Origin: a virus
Virus record (IMG/VR): IMGVR_UViG_3300020274_000001
Coordinates: 76,337 to 140,336 of that record
Strand: one strand, 5' to 3'
DNA: 64,000 nucleotides
Shown here piece after piece: positions 25,274 to 35,466 of this stretch (positions within the stretch are counted from its first letter, which is position 1; every line of letters starts with the position of its first letter). The notes under the pieces were generated by a model, which was not told the origin of the DNA, searched no databases, and saw only the letters and a program-made list of their open reading frames with translations. Made by a program: the position numbers and the translations under genes.

Positions 25274-25762
25274 TTGGTAGAAGAAAAGGAGTTTTTCGAG
25301 AGCGGGGGTCGACCCGAAAGTGTCGACGTCGTTAACGACCAAAACGACCTGTCTGTCAAGTTGAAGAATGTGAGAGATGATATGATGGCTACACTTGCTT
25401 TGATTATCCACGACCCTCAAAAGCACGGGCATGAGATTGACGGGCTACGTAGGGACATCATTCGATTGGCCACTGCCATGCTGGAGCATGGTGTGAGACT
25501 CGAAGTTCCTAAGAAAGAAAGAACAGCCGAGGATGTAATCAAGGAAGCCGCAGGTGAACTTGGTTCAATGTTTGGGGCAAAGGGTGTAGCCGCAGGGTTA
25601 TCCTTTGTTAACAAAGTTCGGACAAATATCACGACCAACCGAGAAGAGTTGGTAATTTACGAAGATGAAGCAGGCGGGCTGTATTACATCGACGAAGATG
25701 GCAATGAGATTGATTGCGACGAAGAAGGCAACCCGTTAGATGGAGATGAAGACGATGATTGA
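25274..25762 (+). CDS. Hypothetical protein
   Basis: TTG start with GAGGCGA RBS; acidic C-terminus. Confidence 0.7.
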   Translation: MVEEKEFFESGGRPESVDVVNDQNDLSVKLKNVRDDMMATLALIIHDPQKHGHEIDGLRRDIIRLATAMLEHGVRLEVPKKERTAEDVIKEAAGELGSMFGAKGVAAGLSFVNKVRTNITTNREELVIYEDEAGGLYYIDEDGNEIDCDEEGNPLDGDEDDD

Positions 25763-27242
25763 AGATGAAGAATTTGACATGACTGGTGGAACAAATGAAG
25801 ACGACCCACAATGGTCATCACTAACGACAGACGATAAGAAAGAACTCATGATGAGTGTTTTCGACGACGAAGAATGGTATGCAGGAACTCCGGCTCATGT
25901 TGGCGGAGACGCTTTACCAGAATTCGGAGAAATCGCCGCAAGACTTTCTGCTCCGCAGAATGATATCAAGAAATACTATGCGGCATGGTTGAAGACTCAA
26001 AACCTGAACCCGCAGGAAATCATGACTCGTGGGAAAACCATGGCCGAAGCACCAGCCCCAAAAAATGTCGCACAACCTAACACTATGCCTACTCCGGCGA
26101 TGCCAATGCCAAGCAGTAGCACCGCAGGTGTAGCAAGTTCAATGAAAGGGGCATTGATGAATGACATGATGGGTAACATGTTTGGTGGCCAACAGCAGTC
26201 TGGTAGTGGTGGCGACATGAAATACATGATGGGCATGATGATGATGTCAAGTATGTTAGAATCGGAAAGACGGCAACACGAAGCACAGATGCAACTACAA
26301 CGAGAACAATTTGCGGCGGCACAGAACAATTCTATTCGACAAGAACAACAACAACGTCAAGACGGAATGATGACCATGCAGATGAATTTCATGAACAACA
26401 TGATGAAGCAAGGTATGAAGCAGAACGAAGATGAGTTTGCTACAATTCTCAAAGCCGCCGCTATGGATAAAGTTGCAGACAACTTATTCGGCGGAAGCGA
26501 ATCGACGGCTGAAAGAATTCTATCAAAGGTGCTCGACCCCGATGCTCTCGGAGCAGTAGTGGCAGGAGCACGTGGTGCAATGGCCAACCGTCAGACCGCC
26601 ATACCAGCAGGATACGATGTGCCGTCATACAATCCGTATGCTCAACCACTACCACCACAAGAATCAGCACCAGAACCAGTGTATGAGCAAGAATTGCCAC
26701 CTGCCCACGCCGACGATAGAGGATTCTTTGAAGGACCAGAGCAAGAAGGACCTTCACAGATGGACGTTCAAGTGACAGATGAAGAATTCCGAAACACTCT
26801 ACTTGGCGCATTCAAGCAGAACATGGGCGCACAGTTAGAAGATGAAAAGACACGCAAGGCATTACTGGAACAGATTGACATATCAATCGATGTTGTCAAA
26901 CTAAAACACTCTGAATTGACACCACAGAATCAACTTGAGCGTATGTCACAAGAGTTGATTCTTGTCCGCTCATTGAGGGATATTGGTATGGGTCTCCGAC
27001 AGGCTAAACAATACCTCGACAATGGTGTTAGTGAACCAACTGTTATCAGTGGAATCAAAGATGAAATCAATCAACAACCTGTATTTGCACAGATATTCAC
27101 CGAGAATACCTATGAGCAACTCATGGGCTTAATTGAGCCATACAAGGAAACGGGAGGCGTGATTCACGATTACAACTTCCTGTTACAACCAGACATAGCG
27201 AGTCTATGTCGGGGCGTTCTTGTCTCGTTCAAACAGGGGTGA
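25755..27242 (+). CDS. Met/Gln-rich hypothetical protein
   Basis: About 495-aa ORF with low-complexity M/Q and Pro segments. Confidence 0.75.
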   Translation: MIEDEEFDMTGGTNEDDPQWSSLTTDDKKELMMSVFDDEEWYAGTPAHVGGDALPEFGEIAARLSAPQNDIKKYYAAWLKTQNLNPQEIMTRGKTMAEAPAPKNVAQPNTMPTPAMPMPSSSTAGVASSMKGALMNDMMGNMFGGQQQSGSGGDMKYMMGMMMMSSMLESERRQHEAQMQLQREQFAAAQNNSIRQEQQQRQDGMMTMQMNFMNNMMKQGMKQNEDEFATILKAAAMDKVADNLFGGSESTAERILSKVLDPDALGAVVAGARGAMANRQTAIPAGYDVPSYNPYAQPLPPQESAPEPVYEQELPPAHADDRGFFEGPEQEGPSQMDVQVTDEEFRNTLLGAFKQNMGAQLEDEKTRKALLEQIDISIDVVKLKHSELTPQNQLERMSQELILVRSLRDIGMGLRQAKQYLDNGVSEPTVISGIKDEINQQPVFAQIFTENTYEQLMGLIEPYKETGGVIHDYNFLLQPDIASLCRGVLVSFKQG

Positions 27243-27246
27243 TTAA

Positions 27247-28020
27247 ATGTCAGAAGACACATCCGAATCCGCATTAGAAGACTTAATCGAAGATGTAATG
27301 AATCAACCGGAGGATGACAAACTCTTACCTACATGGGGATACATTATCCTATTCTTTTTACCTGCCACTTTGACATTTTTCATTGCCCGGACACAACTTG
27401 GTTGGGACCCGTTATTTGCAGGTATTACATCCCTTGCCATTATGAATGGTTCAATCAACATCGTCATAGCATGGATGACAATTAGACTCGATGGTCATTC
27501 TAACGAAGCATTGGAACATCTTGAAACAATTATGGATGAGATGGATAAATTAGAGGACACTCTCGAGGAAGCGAGCACCATGGTCACTAATTTTACAGGA
27601 GACTTAGGGGAAGCACAGGAATTATTTCGAAGAGTTGGTGTTAACCTAACGGACCTCGACCTCGAATCAATCGCAGATGTCGTAGGGTCTCTCAAGGAAA
27701 ACAAGACAGACTTGAATGACATACTCGGCAACCTTAGAGATGTTGATGTGCAATTCTACATTCGAGAAATTAAATCAATAGATTGGCAAGCATTATTGTT
27801 AGGAATCAATGATGTAATGGCCTTCATCAAGACCAAGAACACTCAACCAACTCGGGCACCCGTATCACAGGTAATCAATTCAATACCTTCATTCGATGAT
27901 GAGATTCCTATCGATGACGAACTCGACGACTTCGAAGATTTCGATGACGAATTCGAATTGATGCCTAAGCCAAAACTTTCGCTAAAGCGAGGTAAAGGAC
28001 TATCACTCAAGCGTCGGTAA
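27247..28020 (+). CDS. Membrane protein (2 TM) with coiled coil
   Basis: Two hydrophobic helices near the N-terminus; GGGGTGA RBS. Confidence 0.75.
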   Translation: MSEDTSESALEDLIEDVMNQPEDDKLLPTWGYIILFFLPATLTFFIARTQLGWDPLFAGITSLAIMNGSINIVIAWMTIRLDGHSNEALEHLETIMDEMDKLEDTLEEASTMVTNFTGDLGEAQELFRRVGVNLTDLDLESIADVVGSLKENKTDLNDILGNLRDVDVQFYIREIKSIDWQALLLGINDVMAFIKTKNTQPTRAPVSQVINSIPSFDDEIPIDDELDDFEDFDDEFELMPKPKLSLKRGKGLSLKRR

Positions 28021-28453
28021 GTTCGCCCAGTTGTGAAAATTCAGCCACAACAAATGGTGCTTCGCCTTGCTCACAGATGATTTTGTCAGCAACAATTCTA
28101 ACAATTTGAGTGTCGTTCATGAATACAACAGATTCACACGCATCGAATATCGCTTTCGATAGATTATCTATGTCTGGACGCTTAGTGTGCCATTGTCGTG
28201 GCTTTGGTGTTCTTTTTCTGTGATGACTCTTAGGTAATTCAAATCCAAAGCGCATACGTGCAAGTATGGGACCATCGAATGGTTTCTCGTGTCCGGCATC
28301 ATACATTGCCTTCTCCGCAACGTCCTTGATGAATGCTTTCCAATCTCTGGACTTCTTAGGGTCAAACGCACGTGCCTGTCCGTGGATTGTTGTTAGTCGT
28401 GGGCGACCTTGAGCAATAGGTTCGGCCTTTATTCGGAATTTAACGGCTTCCAT
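28007..28453 (-). CDS. rusA: RusA-family Holliday junction resolvase
   Basis: PIAQGRPR, KRPDIDNLSKAIFDA and NDTQIV motifs. Confidence 0.9.
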   Translation of the reverse strand: MEAVKFRIKAEPIAQGRPRLTTIHGQARAFDPKKSRDWKAFIKDVAEKAMYDAGHEKPFDGPILARMRFGFELPKSHHRKRTPKPRQWHTKRPDIDNLSKAIFDACESVVFMNDTQIVRIVADKIICEQGEAPFVVAEFSQLGELTDA

Positions 28454-28513
28454 GTTACCGCCATGTTCCGAGCGGATATCAATGTAAGGGCAATACCTAT
28501 GAGCATACACATC

Positions 28514-29209
28514 ATGGGACTGTTCATGGCGGAGAAAATTCTACGGGTAAAATTTGGCCCCGGAACCTCCCCAGAAGGCAGATTCAAACACGTCGTAAAA
28601 CTGCTGGTTCAACTCATAGAAGATGGACTGCGAGACGAATATGTTCGAAGGAAGGCAGTAGAAGTTGTCAATCGAGCAGGAGTTAGAGGTCATGACGAAT
28701 TGGGAGAAATACGAGCAGTTACGAAGTGGGTTCAACAAAATGTAGTTTATCGCAAAGACCCCATAAACGTAGAATATTTTCACAGCGCAAGAAGGCTCAT
28801 CAAAGATGTAGAAGATGGACGGTCTGCCGCAGATTGTGATGATTTCGTTATCGTCTGGGGAGCGATGTTAGGAGCACTCGGATATGAAGTGGCCGCAGTC
28901 ATCGTCGATAGTAATGGAGACGGTATGCTAAACCACGTGATGGGAGCCGTCAAGACATTTGCACCTACACAACAATTCGGTAACAATTGGATTCCAGTAG
29001 AATTGATTTTAGGCACAGACTTCGACCTTGGTAAATCGGTAAAGGTATCACAAGTATATCCACTAACTGCCAATGGAGATACATCGAGAACCCCACTATT
29101 CATGCAAAAATTCGCAGGTATTGCCGGACTTGGTGGCCATGGCGGTAACCAATCGCAATATCAACATCCCGTGGCAAGAATGCTCGGGGCAATTAGGAGG
29201 AGAAAGTAA
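28514..29209 (+). CDS. Transglutaminase-like cysteine protease (candidate maturation protease)
   Basis: WVQQNVVYRKD...DCDD...NHV...WIPVE: Cys-His-acidic triad pattern; first gene of the late block. Confidence 0.75.
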   Translation: MGLFMAEKILRVKFGPGTSPEGRFKHVVKLLVQLIEDGLRDEYVRRKAVEVVNRAGVRGHDELGEIRAVTKWVQQNVVYRKDPINVEYFHSARRLIKDVEDGRSAADCDDFVIVWGAMLGALGYEVAAVIVDSNGDGMLNHVMGAVKTFAPTQQFGNNWIPVELILGTDFDLGKSVKVSQVYPLTANGDTSRTPLFMQKFAGIAGLGGHGGNQSQYQHPVARMLGAIRRRK

Positions 29210-29553
29210 TGTCTTGGTTTGGTGAAGATAAGGCGAAAGACGAAATGACAAATGGATACATTCCTAATCTGGAGCCTTCTGCTCCACGAAACCTCGGTAA
29301 CAGTAACATGGTAAACATACCAGCAGACAACAGTGCAATGGACTTGATGAATAGTCCACAAACCAAGGAAGCATTCGGACTTGGTTCTGCACCAATCCCT
29401 CCTCCTCGACGTGGCCTCGGTAAAGCCGTTCCTAAGTTCAACCGCACGGTTGGAGATATAGAATGGAAGACTGGAGAGACGTGGGGAGTATTGATAGGGG
29501 GCGTCGCCCTCGGCATGATTACGCTGACGGTTTGGAACCGTTTTACAAAATGA
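29209..29553 (+). CDS. Putative virion membrane protein
   Basis: C-terminal TM helix; NLG/GLG motifs. Confidence 0.7.
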   Translation: MSWFGEDKAKDEMTNGYIPNLEPSAPRNLGNSNMVNIPADNSAMDLMNSPQTKEAFGLGSAPIPPPRRGLGKAVPKFNRTVGDIEWKTGETWGVLIGGVALGMITLTVWNRFTK

Positions 29554-29585
29554 TGATAGACAATAACAACCAATGGTGATAGAAA

Positions 29586-29972
29586 ATGGCACAAATGAGC
29601 GCAAAAGAAGCAAGACGAAGAGGCATGACGACAAAAACATCGTATCCACGTTCACCCGATGTGAACGCAAATATGTTTGTAAGCAGAGACGTAAACCCAA
29701 GAGAAGTATCGAGATACGACGGAACACCAATCATGTTCGGCGGTCTTGGTAACGTCAATTGGTTTGGTAATGAACCAGAGTCAAAGGTGACCGGTGGACA
29801 GAACATGTATGTCAACGGCCTGTATGGCGTTGGTGTTACTGAAGAGGATGAAATGGCATACCTCGGTAGCGTCGAACACGTCAAAGACCCAGACTTCTAC
29901 CTTGGTGGTGGATTGGGACTTGCACTTGGAGCATTAGCACTCTTCGCATTGAAGTATCAAGGCAAGATTTGA
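29586..29972 (+). CDS. Putative virion membrane protein
   Basis: C-terminal TM helix; GGLG/YLG motifs. Confidence 0.7.
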   Translation: MAQMSAKEARRRGMTTKTSYPRSPDVNANMFVSRDVNPREVSRYDGTPIMFGGLGNVNWFGNEPESKVTGGQNMYVNGLYGVGVTEEDEMAYLGSVEHVKDPDFYLGGGLGLALGALALFALKYQGKI

Positions 29973-30662
29973 TTGGCGGGTGATTGCTTGCCCAAAATCC
30001 TTTCTGACTCGGAATACAAGCGTCTCAAGAGAGACTCTTCCAATTACAAAGATTTGAAATCAGATTACTATGCGCTCAAAAAGTCATCGATTTCATTGAA
30101 GTCCTATTCTCTTGTCAAGAAAGCATTGATGGACGCAAAAGACAGTAACGACGCATTGACTAAGCAAATAGACAGTGTTTCAAATTCATACTCTGGATTG
30201 AAAGGTAAATACTCCTCGGTGTTGATTGCGTTAAAAAATAAGCATAACTCACTAAAAGACACCCTTGAACAATTACAATCAATGGAAACCAAATACAAGG
30301 CAACCTCAAACAAATATCACGAAATGGTTGCAAATAACGCAACATCATTGGCGACAATGTCTAAAATGAAGATAAAGCACAATCAAGCCGCTAAACAACT
30401 CCAAGCGGCACTTGAGACTGCTTTACAAGAAGCAGAGATAGCCAAAAAAGAAGCACAGGCATTGACAGTAAAAATAGCAGAAATCGAAAAGAACGAGAGA
30501 GAGGCCCGAGAATCATCGTTGACTCAAGCCATTGTCAACACTCGAGACTTTATGTTCGATAACACTATTGCCGGTGTAAATGTTTCAGAAAACCAATCAC
30601 GTGGGCTTGCGATAATTGCAGGGGCCGCAGTAGCCGCATACATGATGACGAGGGTGAGTTAA
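29973..30662 (+). CDS. Coiled-coil protein with C-terminal membrane anchor
   Basis: Long heptad pattern and terminal hydrophobic helix. Confidence 0.7.
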   Translation: MAGDCLPKILSDSEYKRLKRDSSNYKDLKSDYYALKKSSISLKSYSLVKKALMDAKDSNDALTKQIDSVSNSYSGLKGKYSSVLIALKNKHNSLKDTLEQLQSMETKYKATSNKYHEMVANNATSLATMSKMKIKHNQAAKQLQAALETALQEAEIAKKEAQALTVKIAEIEKNEREARESSLTQAIVNTRDFMFDNTIAGVNVSENQSRGLAIIAGAAVAAYMMTRVS

Positions 30663-32183
30663 ATGGCAGTAGGAGCAACAAAAATTACACCGACCCAACT
30701 GGTGCCGGGAGACAAAGAACGAATTGAACGCACTATGCGTATACTTGAGCAAGATGTGGCCCGTCTGGAAAAGTCGCTTGCAGAACGTCGGTCAAAGGAA
30801 GGACAAGAAGCAACCAGAAACACAATCTTGTCGAAGCGTGCCCGAATCCACCGGTTGAATTCTTACTTACAGCGAGCAACGCCGTCACGAGTTATTGCTC
30901 GGACCAAGCCGATTCCATCCGCACATACCCCTACAAATGTTCCACCAAAAGGCTCTGCACTATTGAAAGACCGAATGGAGGAAGCCCGCGAGCAGTTAAA
31001 AAGAGAAACTGCGAAACCTTCTGTTCAACAAATAGCAGTCGAAACTAAAGTTGACTTGAAACCACTTCCTAAAGTAGTCGACGAGAAATCATTACAGAAG
31101 TTCAATGAAACGTTGGAGGACAACAAGAAGGCAGTTCACGAAATGAAGATGAGAGTCGACTCTTTAGAGCGTCAGAAGAAACTTGACCTCAAGAAGAAAA
31201 TAGTTGAAGTTCCAAAAGGTCCTCCATTGTCGCCGCTTGAAATGAAGCAGGAGAAAGACATTCCAAAACAAATCAATCATCTACAAACTCGATACCGTTC
31301 TGTGTCAAGAACAATTAGTCACGTTAACCGGTCTTCTCGGATTCGTTCACTACTATTTCAATTCCGCAGAACAAGAGACCGACGATTGCTTACGCAATTC
31401 CCACGAGACTTTTCATTAAACGTAGCCCTTCAATTGACGCCAGTTCCCGGTAGATTCCACACACGTATTGTAAATGGCCGCCGAGTAAGAATTGGCATTA
31501 TGACGCATCCAGACATGAAGAACATACCACAGAAGGTCAAGTCTCTCAACAATCAATTGGTGTTCTTACGAAAGAAGAAGGAAGCACATCATCACCACTC
31601 TGCATTACACACTCACACATCTGTCGCGGGTTTAGAAAATTGGCAGAAATCAGAAATGGTCAAACCTAAGCGAGAGCCAACATCACTTACAATGCAAAGC
31701 ATACCGAATGAGGTTTTGACTCTTGTTCAGCAGATGGAAGGTGAATTAGAGGGATTGAAGTCCATACCCGGTGTTCCAGAGATAATAGAAGATGTAAAGC
31801 GAATGATTATCAGTAACCGATATACTTCATTCGAGCAATTCATTCAAAACCCTCAAGCAAAGGTGCTCGAAGAAAGATTGATGAGAGCGGCCAAATCGCA
31901 GGGCATTAACTTAGGAGGAGTAAACCTCGGAGGCCACGCTCACCGACCATATGCAATGCCACGAAACCTCGGAATAGTAACCGTCTTGAAGCAACGCCAA
32001 CTTCAAAAGAACAATCGGCCAGAAATTGAATCCACTAACATGGCAGGTCTACGAAGATACACCGCCGCTCAATACGCACGGGAATCAAGAGTAAAGGCAG
32101 AGCAAGAGCAAGAGAAAGAAGTTGCTAACCTCGCAGGAGCCTTTTCACAAACCCGAGCAGTAATGGAGCGTATGGTGAGGTAG
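30663..32183 (+). CDS. Basic coiled-coil putative virion protein
   Basis: 506-aa ORF; GGGTGA RBS; repeated NLG/MAG/LAG motifs. Confidence 0.75.
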   Translation: MAVGATKITPTQLVPGDKERIERTMRILEQDVARLEKSLAERRSKEGQEATRNTILSKRARIHRLNSYLQRATPSRVIARTKPIPSAHTPTNVPPKGSALLKDRMEEAREQLKRETAKPSVQQIAVETKVDLKPLPKVVDEKSLQKFNETLEDNKKAVHEMKMRVDSLERQKKLDLKKKIVEVPKGPPLSPLEMKQEKDIPKQINHLQTRYRSVSRTISHVNRSSRIRSLLFQFRRTRDRRLLTQFPRDFSLNVALQLTPVPGRFHTRIVNGRRVRIGIMTHPDMKNIPQKVKSLNNQLVFLRKKKEAHHHHSALHTHTSVAGLENWQKSEMVKPKREPTSLTMQSIPNEVLTLVQQMEGELEGLKSIPGVPEIIEDVKRMIISNRYTSFEQFIQNPQAKVLEERLMRAAKSQGINLGGVNLGGHAHRPYAMPRNLGIVTVLKQRQLQKNNRPEIESTNMAGLRRYTAAQYARESRVKAEQEQEKEVANLAGAFSQTRAVMERMVR

Positions 32184-32185
32184 AC

Positions 32186-35131
32186 ATGAAGCCGTTCCTT
32201 CAAGCACAGAAAGCGCGTCGACATACACGCTTTGGTTCACTTGGGGCACAGGCTACGCCATCTCTCGCAACCGCACCTATCCTTCGAAACTTACGAATGA
32301 ACGTCAAGGGTCAACGAAGGCAGTATCCTATTTATGAAAACGGCCAATGGGTAACTAAGCCACTAAATCTCAAGAAAGGTTCTGTCATAGAATTCCATTA
32401 CGACATGGAAGGCGACGAACGAGTTAACGGGTTTTTGTATGCAACCTTTGCAGAAAAGGGCTTACTCACTAATGAAAAAGGACAAGAATTACCGGGCCGC
32501 CCTGTTGGATATGTTCGAGAATTTTTATTCGTTCGTCCTATTTCTCCAGCCAATGGCAGGGCTACAAGGTCAAGGTTTACCATAGAGATACCAACTAAAA
32601 TCAAAGGATTAGTCTTCTATGTAAGTAAACATTTACCACTCGGTGTAGAAAGCAATTATTTGAGGAAATCAGACATCAAGATGGTAACCACTCCCGGTAT
32701 TCAAATGCAAGAACCCGACAATGTATTCCGTTCACCGACACTCGGTTTCACTCCCAAAGACCCGCCACACAATGGCAAAACTAAGACAGTTGGTAGACAA
32801 TCAGAGCATTACAAATTATGGAACGGAGATATTGATGACCACGGGTGGAGCAAGGTCGGATATTCTGGCGACCAAGCGAAACTTATTGACGGAACCACTT
32901 TCGATGGTCCACGCTATCTTAGGCCGGGAGACCCTCACAAGACAGTGAGAACATCTCTGTATATTTGGAGAGATGGCAACTATCCAGAGTATGGTGGAAA
33001 AGATTTGAAAGGTTGGGACGCAATACGACTTAACGCACCAATACCAGCAGGGATACCAATCGCTATGGTTTCGAAGTGGTGGTGGCATGACCAAGATGAC
33101 GGAAAGTTCGAATATGGAGAATGGTGGAAACGTAAAACAGATGTGCCTCGGACACAAATCTGGATGGGAGAGATTCCTAATGGAGCGATAGGAACGCACC
33201 CATATGGTCCCAAGAAGGGATACAAAACACACAGCGGTGGATTTTCTGAAACAGACATAGACTTGCGAATTTATCGTGGAGAATATGGTTTGAACAAATA
33301 CAAACTCGACCCATCAAGATACGTTGGCGAAAGGCAATCATCCGGTGATTACGCCCCACTACAAGACAGAATAGACAACGTCGCCGGAACAATAAAGCCA
33401 AACGACATCAGATACTTTGCATTCAAAGTAGAGTGGTGGGACCAGAAAGAAAAGAAATGGACTAAGCCACAAATTCACCCCCCACATGACATGGACCTCA
33501 AAAACGCTAAAGGGATGCTAATATTCCGCTTCCCTCGTCAAGTAGCATTAGAAGACCCCGATATCAAGAAAACACCATTCTGGTCAATAAAGGAAACATT
33601 CGATTGTTACCCAAGAGTTTTCAGCGGTCCCGGAGATTTAGAAATTGTTAAGCGGGGAGTCATTGGTAGGCTCAAAGTATTGGACGAAAAAACAGGCGAA
33701 ATGAAAAACCCCGAAGTGTGGTATGACGGACATAGGCTAAGTGCAACCGATAATATTCCTTTCAATATCCAATTCGGATACGGTGGCGACGGACAAGTAA
33801 TGTCAGACAGTTCCACACGGTTTGCAGTTGCAGACCCTAAAATGTGGGCTTACACTAACAACCCAGCGTTCAACAACGTCTATTGGAAAGAAGGAGAGTT
33901 CTCTCCCGGTTCAAGAATGATTATCATCGGACAGGGACTCAACCGTTTCCCAGAGATAGGTCTGACAAAAATCAAAGACCATTCAACAGATAAAATCCGA
34001 GAGTTGGTGAAAAACATTGACCGCTCTGGCGACACCGCTGGCTCCATGGACGCAGATATTCTGAAAATAGAGCACGTGATAACAACAGACTACCTCACAG
34101 ATAGTGCTGTTTCGGGAGCAGAAGGAGAGATACAAAAGGTATGGAAAAATGTGTTCGGCACCGAATTATCTGAAGCATGGTTCGACATTGTTGGAACAGG
34201 AGGAACTATGCCAGACGGCACAACAATTACCCCGTTGAAGAATCAGTCTCCTACCAGAAGCACTCACTATGCTTTACAGTATGAGGGACAAGTATTCGAA
34301 TTCCCATACAGTATTGCAATAGTCAAGATACCTAAAACATGGGTGGGTCCCGTCTTGGACTTCGAAATAGCCGGAGACACTCCTTTCCTAACTGCTAACT
34401 CTCTAAAGAAAGGAGAAAATACCTACATTGTTTCCGAGACAGCATTCAAGCAGATTGTTGAACAACAATTGAATCTTGATGAAGAAATTCAATATCAACT
34501 TGATATGCTCGCTAAAGGACTCACACCAGAAGCAGTGTTTGTTGGTAATGACACAGACTATGATGCAATCATTAACACAGCGGCGGTAGTAGACCAAGAC
34601 CGTAAGGATAATCTTGACAGCGGAGAAGAAGGAGGTAGTGGCGGCGGATTTTTATCCGGTTTGTTTGAATGGATGGGTAATTTATTCAAGCCTAAAGAAT
34701 CCAACAATTGGGTAGCGGCTAATACATTGGTTCCAACTGGAAAGACTCGTCTTGCAGGATTTGGTAGCGGACCTATCATAGAAGATGTTACCAACAAGTA
34801 TAGTGCAGACCATGTATCATCTCTCGGTAGTGCAGGCCAACGACACCTACCCATACCAGTAGAAACCAATTTCAACAACTTTGACGAAATCGAGGAGGTG
34901 TATCTCATGAATGGACAACCTACTTCGCCAAACCTTGGATGGTTTTCGGGGACAACGCCAGTTAGACAAACTACTGTCAGACCGGCTCCAGTCACCCGTA
35001 AACAGTTCGGAAGTATTGATTCTCAATCAATGCATGCCCGTGCAACCAATCGAGGTAACCAATTGGACGTGACACTGATTAACGGAGTGACACGTCCTTT
35101 TCGGGGCGGGGACCGTCGCCGAATGGGTTGA
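32186..35131 (+). CDS. Large beta-rich putative virion protein (spike-like)
   Basis: 981-aa ORF; GGTGAGG RBS; Trp/Gly/Pro-rich core with LG motifs near the termini. Confidence 0.7.
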   Translation: MKPFLQAQKARRHTRFGSLGAQATPSLATAPILRNLRMNVKGQRRQYPIYENGQWVTKPLNLKKGSVIEFHYDMEGDERVNGFLYATFAEKGLLTNEKGQELPGRPVGYVREFLFVRPISPANGRATRSRFTIEIPTKIKGLVFYVSKHLPLGVESNYLRKSDIKMVTTPGIQMQEPDNVFRSPTLGFTPKDPPHNGKTKTVGRQSEHYKLWNGDIDDHGWSKVGYSGDQAKLIDGTTFDGPRYLRPGDPHKTVRTSLYIWRDGNYPEYGGKDLKGWDAIRLNAPIPAGIPIAMVSKWWWHDQDDGKFEYGEWWKRKTDVPRTQIWMGEIPNGAIGTHPYGPKKGYKTHSGGFSETDIDLRIYRGEYGLNKYKLDPSRYVGERQSSGDYAPLQDRIDNVAGTIKPNDIRYFAFKVEWWDQKEKKWTKPQIHPPHDMDLKNAKGMLIFRFPRQVALEDPDIKKTPFWSIKETFDCYPRVFSGPGDLEIVKRGVIGRLKVLDEKTGEMKNPEVWYDGHRLSATDNIPFNIQFGYGGDGQVMSDSSTRFAVADPKMWAYTNNPAFNNVYWKEGEFSPGSRMIIIGQGLNRFPEIGLTKIKDHSTDKIRELVKNIDRSGDTAGSMDADILKIEHVITTDYLTDSAVSGAEGEIQKVWKNVFGTELSEAWFDIVGTGGTMPDGTTITPLKNQSPTRSTHYALQYEGQVFEFPYSIAIVKIPKTWVGPVLDFEIAGDTPFLTANSLKKGENTYIVSETAFKQIVEQQLNLDEEIQYQLDMLAKGLTPEAVFVGNDTDYDAIINTAAVVDQDRKDNLDSGEEGGSGGGFLSGLFEWMGNLFKPKESNNWVAANTLVPTGKTRLAGFGSGPIIEDVTNKYSADHVSSLGSAGQRHLPIPVETNFNNFDEIEEVYLMNGQPTSPNLGWFSGTTPVRQTTVRPAPVTRKQFGSIDSQSMHARATNRGNQLDVTLINGVTRPFRGGDRRRMG

Positions 35132-35436
35132 GCGGCCCCCGTTATGATAGCAATATTGGTTTTGCAAGCCTTGACGCGGCTAAGGATGTGGTAGACAAGA
35201 TGGGTGATACCATTGAAGATATTACCTTGACCGGTTACCGTTTGACTACCCTTGTGGTTGTTTTAGGAGTAGCATCGTTCTTCGCTCCTTTAATGGTTCG
35301 AGGAGCCATTGGTTCTTTGAAACATGTTCCTTCCGCAATAGGAGAGATAGCCCGTTTACCTGTAAGAGCATACGGATGGACCAGACAAGTTGGAGAAGAT
35401 TACCGAACCAACAAAGAAAACAAAGAAAAGAAATAG
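35128..35436 (+). CDS. Small membrane protein
   Basis: Central TM helix; TTGA overlap with the upstream gene. Confidence 0.65.
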   Translation: MSGPRYDSNIGFASLDAAKDVVDKMGDTIEDITLTGYRLTTLVVVLGVASFFAPLMVRGAIGSLKHVPSAIGEIARLPVRAYGWTRQVGEDYRTNKENKEKK

Positions 35437-35466
35437 AATACACATGTTCCCTTGGAGTGACCGACC